From the IMG/VR virus record IMGVR_UViG_2706795703_000001, positions 1 through 64,000 of that record: a DNA stretch of 64,000 nucleotides. One strand, 5' to 3'. Every line of letters begins with the position of its first letter. The stretch's first letter is position 1. The notes beneath the pieces are model-generated. The model saw only the letters and a program-made list of their open reading frames with translations, made no database searches and had not been told where the DNA came from. This document shows positions 56,435 through 63,705 of this stretch, piece after piece. The stretch is from a virus (Duplodnaviria > Caudoviricetes). Both the position numbers and the translations under genes were made by a program.

Positions 56435-56862
56435 CGGTCACCGCCGTCAGCAGCGACACCGGCCACGGTGGTTTCGTAGTCGGTCAGGCCCTTGGCCACG
56501 GCTGCGGGCAGCGCGTCGCGGTTCACCCCGGTGCTGTAGCTGTTGAACTCCCGCTTGCGGTAGCTGTTGGCGTTGTCACTGACCTCGCCGGACACCAGGC
56601 GGCGCGGCCCCGACAACGTCACGCTCATCAGCACGCCGTTGGTCCACTTGGCGCGCACCAGGGCGGGCTTGAAGCTGACGCTGCGGCTGAACTCGGCCAG
56701 CATGTCGGGCACCAGGGCCTGCACAGCGAAGTCGGCGCGGTGGCGCACGATGTGGGTGTCGGTGTAGCCCTTCAGGCCCTGGGGCTCGGCGTAACGCCGG
56801 GTCTCCACAGTGTTGGTGCTGTCCAGCCACTGGAGGGGGCCCAGGGGGTCGGTCGTGGGCAT
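56431..56862 (-). CDS. Hypothetical protein
   Basis: Start moved to ATG 56862, preceded by CCACAACCGCGAAAG. Confidence 0.62.
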   Translation of the reverse strand: MPTTDPLGPLQWLDSTNTVETRRYAEPQGLKGYTDTHIVRHRADFAVQALVPDMLAEFSRSVSFKPALVRAKWTNGVLMSVTLSGPRRLVSGEVSDNANSYRKREFNSYSTGVNRDALPAAVAKGLTDYETTVAGVAADGGDR

Positions 56863-56894
56863 AGCGGTTCTCACTTTCGCGGTTGTGGTGGGTG

Positions 56895-57203
56895 CTACTT
56901 GTCGATGATCGGGTCGACCAGGTGGGGGTAGTCGCTGTAATCGGCGGGTGGGTTGACGCTGACGGGGTGCATGACGTCCAGCGTCACCTCCCGTTCGGCA
57001 CCGTAGCCGTAGGTCAGGAACACCTGGTCGGACTTGCTGCTGATCTGGCACAGCTCGGCGTCCACCATCGTGGTGATCTGGCGGTAATCGTCATAGGTGC
57101 TGAAGCGGATGGTCAGGCCGATATGGTCCATGGCGTTCAGCTTGCCCGCTGCCACCACCCGCCAGGTGCTGGGGACCGTTGCCGGGGCCGTTGCCTTGCT
57201 CAC
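56895..57203 (-). CDS. Hypothetical protein
   Basis: GTGA overlap with the upstream gene. Confidence 0.6.
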   Translation of the reverse strand: MSKATAPATVPSTWRVVAAGKLNAMDHIGLTIRFSTYDDYRQITTMVDAELCQISSKSDQVFLTYGYGAEREVTLDVMHPVSVNPPADYSDYPHLVDPIIDK

Positions 57204-57535
57204 CGGGCACCGCCCAGCACGAAGTCGACCAGGGTGGTGGTCGGCAAGGTCGGGCGGTACAGCCCCGGCGGTACGCCCTGGGCGTTGTCGGGGCCGCAGA
57301 TGTGGTTGCCGTGCAGGCGGCAGTCGAACGCCGGGTCATCCTCGGCGGGCTCCAGGCCGGTCACCATGAAGACGTACTCGGCATAGGTCACCGACTGGCC
57401 GGTGGCGGCGTCGTCGGGCACCGCCTTGTCGGTGTTAGGCCAGACCAGCGCGGCACCGATGGGCATACCGACGGCCAGGCCGACCAGAAGCCCGGCGGTG
57501 AATACCACCGCGCGGTCGGAATTGGTAATGGGCAC
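57200..57535 (-). CDS. Membrane-anchored protein with CxxxGNxxCG motif
   Basis: N-terminal TM; DCRLHGNHICGP; GGAAGGA RBS and leader hairpin upstream. Confidence 0.65.
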   Translation of the reverse strand: MPITNSDRAVVFTAGLLVGLAVGMPIGAALVWPNTDKAVPDDAATGQSVTYAEYVFMVTGLEPAEDDPAFDCRLHGNHICGPDNAQGVPPGLYRPTLPTTTLVDFVLGGAR

Positions 57536-57590
57536 GTGAGTGGTCCTTCCAGGTCAACCGTAGCGGGACTGTCCCGCTGGGGTGACTAAG

Positions 57591-57620
57591 GTTATAGCTT
57601 ATTGACCGTTGCCCCGTCAA
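57591..57620 (-). promoter_or_regulatory. Putative promoter TTGACG-18-TATAAC
   Basis: Seen on the - strand; followed by the leader hairpin at 57563-57577. Confidence 0.55.
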
Positions 57621-58016
57621 CTACTTGCCCGACACCGGCGGGCGAACACCTGTCTGGGCCCATGCCTGACCACGCTGCATCTGGTACAGCAGCGACAGCG
57701 ACCGGGCCACGTCGGGCGGCAGGGTGGTCAGCAGCAGACCCCACTGGCCGCCGCTGATCGCGCGGTCACCGACCACCGCCGGACGCGCCATCAGTTCCTG
57801 GCACATCGCCACGAACGGGCCGAAGCGGTTGGCGTCCACGCGCTGGGTCACCGCCGCCCCCAAGGCGAACGCCAGGGCGATGGTGGGTGCGGCCGACAGC
57901 GGGGTGGTGTCGGCGAAGGTCGGCTCGGGCACGGCGGGCAGTCGCCGGGATGGTCCGGTGCCGGGCGGGTAGCCACTGGCGGTGTGTTGGCTGCCGTCGT
58001 CGTAGGTGTCGGTCAC
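57621..58016 (-). CDS. Hypothetical protein (leaderless)
   Basis: TAGTCT ends 6 nt before GTG 58016. Confidence 0.62.
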   Translation of the reverse strand: MTDTYDDGSQHTASGYPPGTGPSRRLPAVPEPTFADTTPLSAAPTIALAFALGAAVTQRVDANRFGPFVAMCQELMARPAVVGDRAISGGQWGLLLTTLPPDVARSLSLLYQMQRGQAWAQTGVRPPVSGK

Positions 58017-58022
58017 TGCCCC

Positions 58023-58052
58023 AGACTAGCCCGCCCTTGTCGTGGTTGTCAC
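58023..58052 (-). promoter_or_regulatory. Degenerate promoter/operator copy
   Basis: GTGACA-ACCACGACAAGGGCGGGC-TAGTCT. Confidence 0.55.
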
Positions 58053-58357
58053 CGGCGTCAGCCTCAGGCGCGTGCGCGCGGGCGCGTCAGCGTACCGGAA
58101 TGACCCCCATTTTGTCAAGGGGCCTTGCATAGACCTTGACATGGACACTAGGCTGGCCCGCTAGCGCCTACCAGCCAGTGACCCCCGTCTTCGGCAAGAG
58201 AATGAGTTTTACTAAGACAAGCGGTTGACACGGGCTGGTAGAAGAACCGGGGCGACGCCCACGGGGCCCTACCCGCCCCCGGCCTCGCCGGGCGGGTATC
58301 CCCAACGGCCATGCCAGTGGTTGCCGAAGCGGTTATTAGTGGGTTAGCGTAAATGTT

Positions 58358-59101
58358 ATGACCACAACCAAGCGCACGACCACAGCACCCAAGGGTGATG
58401 TGCGGACAGAGACCCTGGACGAGTTCGATGACCTGCTGGGCGAGTACGCCAATGGCGAGACGGACTTCGCCTACCTGGTGCGGTCCCTGTGGGCCACCCG
58501 CGAAGGGATCAAGCAGCTGGACGCTGCACGCAAAGCAGTCTTCGAGCACGTCAAGGCCGCCCACACCCTGGGCCATACCACCGTGGCCGGGTACCGGCTG
58601 AAGATGACCAGCCCACCGGAGCCGACCGCCTACACCAGCGTGGCCAGTGCAGCGGTGAAGACTGCCGACGTGGCCGCGTGGCGGCGGGCGCAGGCCCTGG
58701 CACCGTTCGTGCAGGTGAAGGCACCGGCGGGGATGGCGGTGGCAGAGGAAGCGGTGCCGGAGGAGGCGGCGGTGGACTTCGTCGCACCCGAGGCGGCGGT
58801 GGTCTGCTACAAGGAACACCCCGCGTGGGCCCGGCTGCGCGAGCTGCGGGTGGTGGAACAGGAGACCCTGGGGCGGCTGGAGAAGCTGGCGGCGGATTTC
58901 GGCTGGGACGGTGACCTCAAGGTTTTCGCCGATGGCTGGTCGGTGCAGCTGCGGCGCTTGCAGTTCAGCGCGGAGAAGCTGGCAGCGACCGACCCGGCGG
59001 TGTTTGACCGGTGCGCAGTGACCAAGCTGAAGGTGGTCAACCCGCACGTCATCGTGGCCAGGGTGCGCGACGACGGCACAGAAGACGACGGCGTGGAATA
59101 G
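58358..59101 (+). CDS. Hypothetical protein
   Basis: 247 aa, helical; TAGCGT 7 nt before ATG. Confidence 0.68.
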   Translation: MTTTKRTTTAPKGDVRTETLDEFDDLLGEYANGETDFAYLVRSLWATREGIKQLDAARKAVFEHVKAAHTLGHTTVAGYRLKMTSPPEPTAYTSVASAAVKTADVAAWRRAQALAPFVQVKAPAGMAVAEEAVPEEAAVDFVAPEAAVVCYKEHPAWARLRELRVVEQETLGRLEKLAADFGWDGDLKVFADGWSVQLRRLQFSAEKLAATDPAVFDRCAVTKLKVVNPHVIVARVRDDGTEDDGVE

Positions 59102-59109
59102 CCCCGTGA

Positions 59110-59143
59110 GCTGCGGCGATGGTGTTGGTACTAGCGCCGCAGC
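59110..59143 (+). terminator. Possible hairpin after the 58358 gene
   Basis: GCTGCGGCG...CGCCGCAGC with a 16-nt loop; no U-tract. Confidence 0.35.
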
Positions 59144-59167
59144 AAAATACGGGTTATATGTATAACC

Positions 59168-59425
59168 ATGGTCCAGATAAAAGGCCCCCGCCGGGGCCGC
59201 CCACCCGGCCCAGCCAAGTTGCTGGTGCCCGTCAAAATGCTGCCTGAGCAGCGCAAACGCTTCAAGGTGATGTGTGCTGCGCAAGGCGTCAGCTACGAGG
59301 AGAAAATCGTGCAGTGGATGGACAACGAGGAGGCCAACGCGCGGCGTAAAGCTGCACGTCAGGCCCACCCCTTGCACCAGCCCAAGCCCGCCAGCTACTA
59401 CCCCGGCGGTGGTCGTAATGGCTGA
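59168..59425 (+). CDS. Ribbon-helix-helix DNA-binding protein
   Basis: KLLVPVKMLPEQRKRFKVMCAAQGVSYEEKIVQWM follows the RHH pattern. Confidence 0.7.
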   Translation: MVQIKGPRRGRPPGPAKLLVPVKMLPEQRKRFKVMCAAQGVSYEEKIVQWMDNEEANARRKAARQAHPLHQPKPASYYPGGGRNG

Positions 59426-59750
59426 GGGCGGCGCGGTGGCTGGCCCCGGCCCGGCCGACGACGACAGCGTGGCCGCCATGCTGTCGCCTGGGGCAACGGT
59501 GTGGACGGGGCTGCCCGTCACCTGCACCAGCTGTCACAACGCCGGTATGCCGGTCATGGGGCAGGACGGCTGGCAGCTGCCCGTCCACGGCCGGGTGCAG
59601 CAGGAGTTCCCCTTCGGCATCGTCACCTGCCCCGGGTCCATGACGCCGGTGACGGCCATGCAGACCCCGCAGGCCATGACCGACCGCATCGAGCAGCACG
59701 TGGTGGACGCCATGCCCCCGCGCATTAACGAGGAGTACGACACACCATGA
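59418..59750 (+). CDS. Hypothetical protein (CxxC...H...C)
   Basis: ATG 59418 overlaps the RHH 3' end. Confidence 0.6.
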   Translation: MAEGGAVAGPGPADDDSVAAMLSPGATVWTGLPVTCTSCHNAGMPVMGQDGWQLPVHGRVQQEFPFGIVTCPGSMTPVTAMQTPQAMTDRIEQHVVDAMPPRINEEYDTP

Positions 59751-59902
59751 CGCCCTGGACGCTGCCCCCGTGGCAGGTAGCCCTCATGCGCACCATCGGC
59801 GCGCTGCCGGATAAGGCCCAGCTGGTGGCGGCGATGCCACGCCAGTACGGTCACCGGCTGCGCGGTCACCGCCTGATCAGGACGGGGCAGCGCCGTGGAT
59901 GA
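59747..59902 (+). CDS. 51-aa hypothetical protein not in the ORF track
   Basis: GAGGAG RBS; ATGA overlap; MTPWTLPPWQVALMR...; fills the gap. Confidence 0.55.
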   Translation: MTPWTLPPWQVALMRTIGALPDKAQLVAAMPRQYGHRLRGHRLIRTGQRRG

Positions 59903-60416
59903 ATGGCCCGAGCTGGAGGAATTGGCCCGCGCCGTCGACGCCTGGCGCGACTGGCCCGTGGCGCTGCCCGTCGACGCCCAGCGCGTCATCGACGCGGCCG
60001 GGCCGGTGGTCGACAACTACCGCAGCCAGAAGGTGCTGATCGAGCACTACAAGAACATGCCGCCGATCAGCCTGGAGACGTTGCGCCACCAGGGTCTGGT
60101 GTCCACCGAGCAGTACGCCCGCCAGGTCGGCATCCCCTTCCACCGCACCTGCTGCACGTCGACCATCGACCAGGCCCACCTGGCCAGCTGCGCCCAGTCC
60201 GACCACGGCCAGACCCTGCCGACCGCAGCGGTAGCGGCAGCTGAGGCGGCGGCCGACGCCGCCCTGGACGGCCTGGGCCTGACCGGCTACAAGGCGGTCA
60301 TGGAGGTGGCCGGGCTGGACGACCAGGAGGTGGCCTGCCCTGGCGGGTGCGGCATGTACTACCGGCCGTTGTTTAGCTGCCACGTCTGCCCCGGGCCACC
60401 GGCGGCGACGACGTGA
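59895..60416 (+). CDS. Hypothetical protein with C-terminal Cys cluster
   Basis: CPGGCG..CHVC; operon continuity. Confidence 0.6.
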   Translation: MDEWPELEELARAVDAWRDWPVALPVDAQRVIDAAGPVVDNYRSQKVLIEHYKNMPPISLETLRHQGLVSTEQYARQVGIPFHRTCCTSTIDQAHLASCAQSDHGQTLPTAAVAAAEAAADAALDGLGLTGYKAVMEVAGLDDQEVACPGGCGMYYRPLFSCHVCPGPPAATT

Positions 60417-60643
60417 CCCACCTGACCGCGCCCGGCGGCTGGCGGCTGCCCACCGAGTACGTCTACGAGTTCACCGATGTACCCGCGCCCGTGGTGGACA
60501 TGCTGCTGCCCGGCTTCACCATCGTCAGGGGCGGCATCCGCTACCCCATCGGCCCGGTCCGGCACTACCGATGGCGTGCCCGTGCCCGCTGGGGTAGGCG
60601 CATCAAGCGCGTGCTGTTCGGTGTGCAGTGGGTCGACCGGTGA
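60413..60643 (+). CDS. Hypothetical protein
   Basis: GTGA overlaps at both ends. Confidence 0.55.
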   Translation: MTHLTAPGGWRLPTEYVYEFTDVPAPVVDMLLPGFTIVRGGIRYPIGPVRHYRWRARARWGRRIKRVLFGVQWVDR

Positions 60644-60828
60644 CCCTGGACCACACCAACCGCGACATCACCCGGTCACGGGTGGACCAGGCCACCGCCT
60701 GCTACTACGCCCGCAGCCGCCGGGTCATCGTCGTGGCCGACAAGGGCGACTTCAGCGCGGCCATGCGGGCGCTGACCGAGCTGCGCGACCACGTGGGGGC
60801 AACCCATGGGGAACAATCGGCACCATGA
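60640..60828 (+). CDS. Hypothetical protein
   Basis: GTGA overlap at 60640. Confidence 0.5.
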   Translation: MTLDHTNRDITRSRVDQATACYYARSRRVIVVADKGDFSAAMRALTELRDHVGATHGEQSAP

Positions 60829-61445
60829 GCGGCACCGATGACGACGACGGCAGCACCGTCAGTGACGCCGACCTGGGCGCGCTGCTGGACGAGGAGCTGC
60901 TGGCCCGGCGCACCAAGGTCATGTTCCTGCGCAACGCCGGGGCCACCTGGGCGGCGGTGGCCAAGGAGGTGGGGGCGGCGGTGTCCACCGTCCGCAAGGA
61001 TTACAAGATCGTCTGCCGCGACATCAACAACGAGCAGCCCGCTGACGTGGTGGCACGTCACCGCGCGGTCATCTTCGATATCCAGCGTGCCAACTACCCG
61101 GCCATGATGCGCGGGGACAAGGATGCCGCCGCCATCGTGCTGCGCGCGCTGGACCGCGAGGCCAAGCTGCTGGGCCTGGACGCCCCGACGCGGATCCTGG
61201 CCGGGGTCAGCGACGTGGAGTTCGCCAACGAGGCTGCGCGGCTAATTGACCGTATCGTCACACTGGACCCCACAACCATGAAGGAGCTAAGCCGTGCCAC
61301 CAGTTCAGGCCCCCGCATCATCGACGCCGAACCCGCTGACGTTCCCGCTGACGCGCAAGGTGCTACGCAACCTGCGCCGGTGTCTGCGGCGCAACGTGAC
61401 GCTGACCCCGGTGCCGACGATGACGACTGGAGCAACATCGCCTGA
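60825..61445 (+). CDS. HTH protein, terminase small subunit-like
   Basis: LRNAGATWAAVAKEVG..STVRKD HTH, then GDKDAAAIVLRALDREAKLLGLDAP; ATGA overlap at 60825. Confidence 0.6.
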   Translation: MSGTDDDDGSTVSDADLGALLDEELLARRTKVMFLRNAGATWAAVAKEVGAAVSTVRKDYKIVCRDINNEQPADVVARHRAVIFDIQRANYPAMMRGDKDAAAIVLRALDREAKLLGLDAPTRILAGVSDVEFANEAARLIDRIVTLDPTTMKELSRATSSGPRIIDAEPADVPADAQGATQPAPVSAAQRDADPGADDDDWSNIA

Positions 61446-61959
61446 CCCGCACCAGAGCTGGACGGTCAAACACACCGCCCAGCTGGTGGAACGCCACGAG
61501 GTCTACGCCACCACCGCCGAGGACCGCCCCGACGTGGCCAACTACGGCGACGCGGTGGCCGCCATGTTCGACCAGGCCCGCGCCTGGCACGACGCGCACA
61601 ACCTGGCCCCCATGGACCTGGCCCGCTTCGTCCGCGTCGCCGCCGACGGCAAGCCCGCCGCCGTCGGGGTCAGCTGGACGGTCACCGTCGGCCGGGGCGA
61701 CATCAGCACCGACCAGCGCCTGCCCGGTGTCATGGACGCCTGGCGGTGGTCGGCACGCTTCCACCACTGGCGTCGGGTATTCAACCGCCTAGACGGGCGT
61801 CAGGGCCGTCTGTTGGCCGCCCGCGACGACGCACGCGGGGCCACCGTGCACAAGCTCTTTCCCGAGCACGACCGCGCGGCCGACACCGTGGTGCCCTGGG
61901 CCCAGCTACCGCCGGAGCTGAACGTGACGCCGTTTGACCCGCCCCCGGCCACCCAGTAG
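61420..61959 (+). CDS. Hypothetical protein
   Basis: Start uncertain (ATG 61420 chosen to limit overlap). Confidence 0.5.
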   Translation: MTTGATSPDPHQSWTVKHTAQLVERHEVYATTAEDRPDVANYGDAVAAMFDQARAWHDAHNLAPMDLARFVRVAADGKPAAVGVSWTVTVGRGDISTDQRLPGVMDAWRWSARFHHWRRVFNRLDGRQGRLLAARDDARGATVHKLFPEHDRAADTVVPWAQLPPELNVTPFDPPPATQ

Positions 61960-61973
61960 CTATCCTGACCGCT

Positions 61974-62207
61974 ATGGGCCTCGATGACCGCAACCCCGCC
62001 ACCGTCCACCTGGCACGCCTGCTGGAGCCGAACCCGAACTTGCCGGACCGGATGCACAACGTGGCCGACGTCGCGGCCTGTCACCGCGACAAGATGCTGG
62101 AGCTGCTGGGGGACGGGCCCGAGCTGACCGCCGGGCTGCGCAAGCTGCTGGAGGCCAAAGACTGCTTCGTGCGCCAGGCGCTGCTGGACGAGGTCGATGG
62201 GCAGTGA
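61974..62207 (+). CDS. Hypothetical protein
   Basis: ELTAGLRKLLEAKDCFVR; TATCCT 7 nt before ATG. Confidence 0.7.
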   Translation: MGLDDRNPATVHLARLLEPNPNLPDRMHNVADVAACHRDKMLELLGDGPELTAGLRKLLEAKDCFVRQALLDEVDGQ

Positions 62208-62443
62208 CGGCCGACGACCAGCTGGAGCCGGTGACCATAGTCGACAAGCGCGCCCAGCGTCGTGCCGACAAGGTGCTGACCGAGCACCTACGCAACGCCC
62301 AGCGCGACCAGCTGGCCGCCAACGTGCGCCAGCTGGCGGGCACCACCTGGTGGGCCGCCCAGTCCAGCCCGACCCCCGACGAGGTGCTGGCCAGCCGTGA
62401 CGCCCTGGTCATGGAGGCCCGGATGCAAGGGCTGGACGTATGA
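62204..62443 (+). CDS. Hypothetical protein
   Basis: GTGA/ATGA overlaps. Confidence 0.6.
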   Translation: MTADDQLEPVTIVDKRAQRRADKVLTEHLRNAQRDQLAANVRQLAGTTWWAAQSSPTPDEVLASRDALVMEARMQGLDV

Positions 62444-63015
62444 CCGCTGACCCTGACACCGACGAGCCCGACTGCCGGGGCTGGGTGCCCGACTACCAGC
62501 TGGTGCCCGCGATCCTGGCGGGATCGGCCACCACCATGGCCGACCTGACCCCACCCGACCGCGCCTGGGCGGTGGCGGGGCTACTGCGCGAGGGCCACAC
62601 CGCCGAGCAGATCAAGGATCGGATGGGGTGCAGCTTGCGGCTGGTGCGCACCGTGTCAGCCTGGGCGGCCACGGCGGTGTGCCAGCTGCTGCAAGCCGAA
62701 GCCGAGCACTTCGCGGACACCTACCGGATGCAGGACGTGGAGCTACGGCGGCTGACGGCCGACCTGGTCACCGCCAACGCCACCGCCGACCGCTACCAGC
62801 GCCAGCTGGCGCGGCTGCTGGACAGCTACCTGGTGGGCGAGTCGGGCCCCAGCTTCCCCAAGTGTGGACACCCGAAGACCAGGTACAACACCTATACCGC
62901 CCCGAAGACGGGGAAGACGTCGTGCCGGATGTGCCACTGTGACGCCCAGCGGGCCTATGAACAGCGCAAGGCGGCAGCGTCAGCACTGCCGCCTTCGTCG
63001 CCGGTGGGTCAGTAG
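62440..63015 (+). CDS. HTH plus C-terminal Zn-finger-like protein
   Basis: GHTAEQIKDRMGCSLRLVR HTH; CGHP..CRMC. Confidence 0.62.
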   Translation: MTADPDTDEPDCRGWVPDYQLVPAILAGSATTMADLTPPDRAWAVAGLLREGHTAEQIKDRMGCSLRLVRTVSAWAATAVCQLLQAEAEHFADTYRMQDVELRRLTADLVTANATADRYQRQLARLLDSYLVGESGPSFPKCGHPKTRYNTYTAPKTGKTSCRMCHCDAQRAYEQRKAAASALPPSSPVGQ

Positions 63016-63266
63016 CCGTAGTCCTCGGCCGGGGCGTCGGCATCCTCGAAGAGGTCTTGGTCGTAGGCCCCGCCCAGGCGGCCGAAGTTGGCACCGTAGC
63101 GCTGGCCGCTGTCCTTCGTGACCACCTTGGCATCCTCGCCGTAGGTGTCGATGGCTTCCTGCACGGCGGCGAGCAGGTCGGCCAGGGTCATGTCGGTGCT
63201 GACCTGGTCGGCGGCGTATCCCTGGTTGTTGTCGGTGGCCATGATGACGGTGACGTTGCTGGACAT
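63009..63266 (-). CDS. Small acidic hypothetical protein
   Basis: CAGGAG RBS, leader hairpin and promoter copy 6 upstream. Confidence 0.72.
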   Translation of the reverse strand: MSSNVTVIMATDNNQGYAADQVSTDMTLADLLAAVQEAIDTYGEDAKVVTKDSGQRYGANFGRLGGAYDQDLFEDADAPAEDYGY

Positions 63267-63318
63267 GTGGGTCTCCTGACTGCTGGGGCGGGTCGGTCCC
63301 GCCGGGCTGGTGAAGACG

Positions 63319-63347
63319 AAGTTACCCGCCTATGTCGGGTAAGTCAA
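63319..63347 (-). promoter_or_regulatory. Promoter/operator copy 6
   Basis: TTGACT-TACCCGACATAGGCGGG-TAACTT; one mismatch to copy 1. Confidence 0.8.
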
Positions 63348-63365
63348 ACGGCGTAGTGTCGGCCC

Positions 63366-63686
63366 ATGGCCAAGACGAAGGCCCGCAAGGGCACTAGACG
63401 CGCCGGTGCGCTACGTGGCGGCACGCGAAAAATCGCTCGTTCCCGCAGGCCAGGCACCATCGCGCTGCACGCCAAGGCAGGCGGCATTGCCACCTTCGCC
63501 AAGGGTGGCGGGGGCGGCTACCGGGGCTTCAAATCGAAGAAACAGTGGCGCTGGGCCTGGGCGACGAAACAGCCGTGGGCGCGCAAGAAGTCCCATGAGA
63601 CCGCCGGGGGACCGAAGGTGCGCTACCGCCGGTTACCGGCCAGCAAGCACAGCGGGCACAAGGGCACCAGACGCCCCAAGTCCTGA
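63366..63686 (+). CDS. Very basic K/R/G-rich protein
   Basis: GFKSKKQWRWAWA motif; TAGTGT 6 nt before ATG. Confidence 0.7.
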   Translation: MAKTKARKGTRRAGALRGGTRKIARSRRPGTIALHAKAGGIATFAKGGGGGYRGFKSKKQWRWAWATKQPWARKKSHETAGGPKVRYRRLPASKHSGHKGTRRPKS

Positions 63687-63703
63687 TAACCACCTGATAA
63701 CCA
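63682..63703 (+). repeat. Tandem 11-bp repeat CCTGATAACCA x2
   Basis: Read directly, between convergent genes. Confidence 0.7.
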
Positions 63704-63705
63704 CG

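Noticed and set aside
5793-63347. Dispersed 29-30-bp repeats as CRISPR repeats or att sites
   Set aside because: Not arrayed with spacers, no cas or integrase genes seen, and each copy has promoter geometry in front of a gene.
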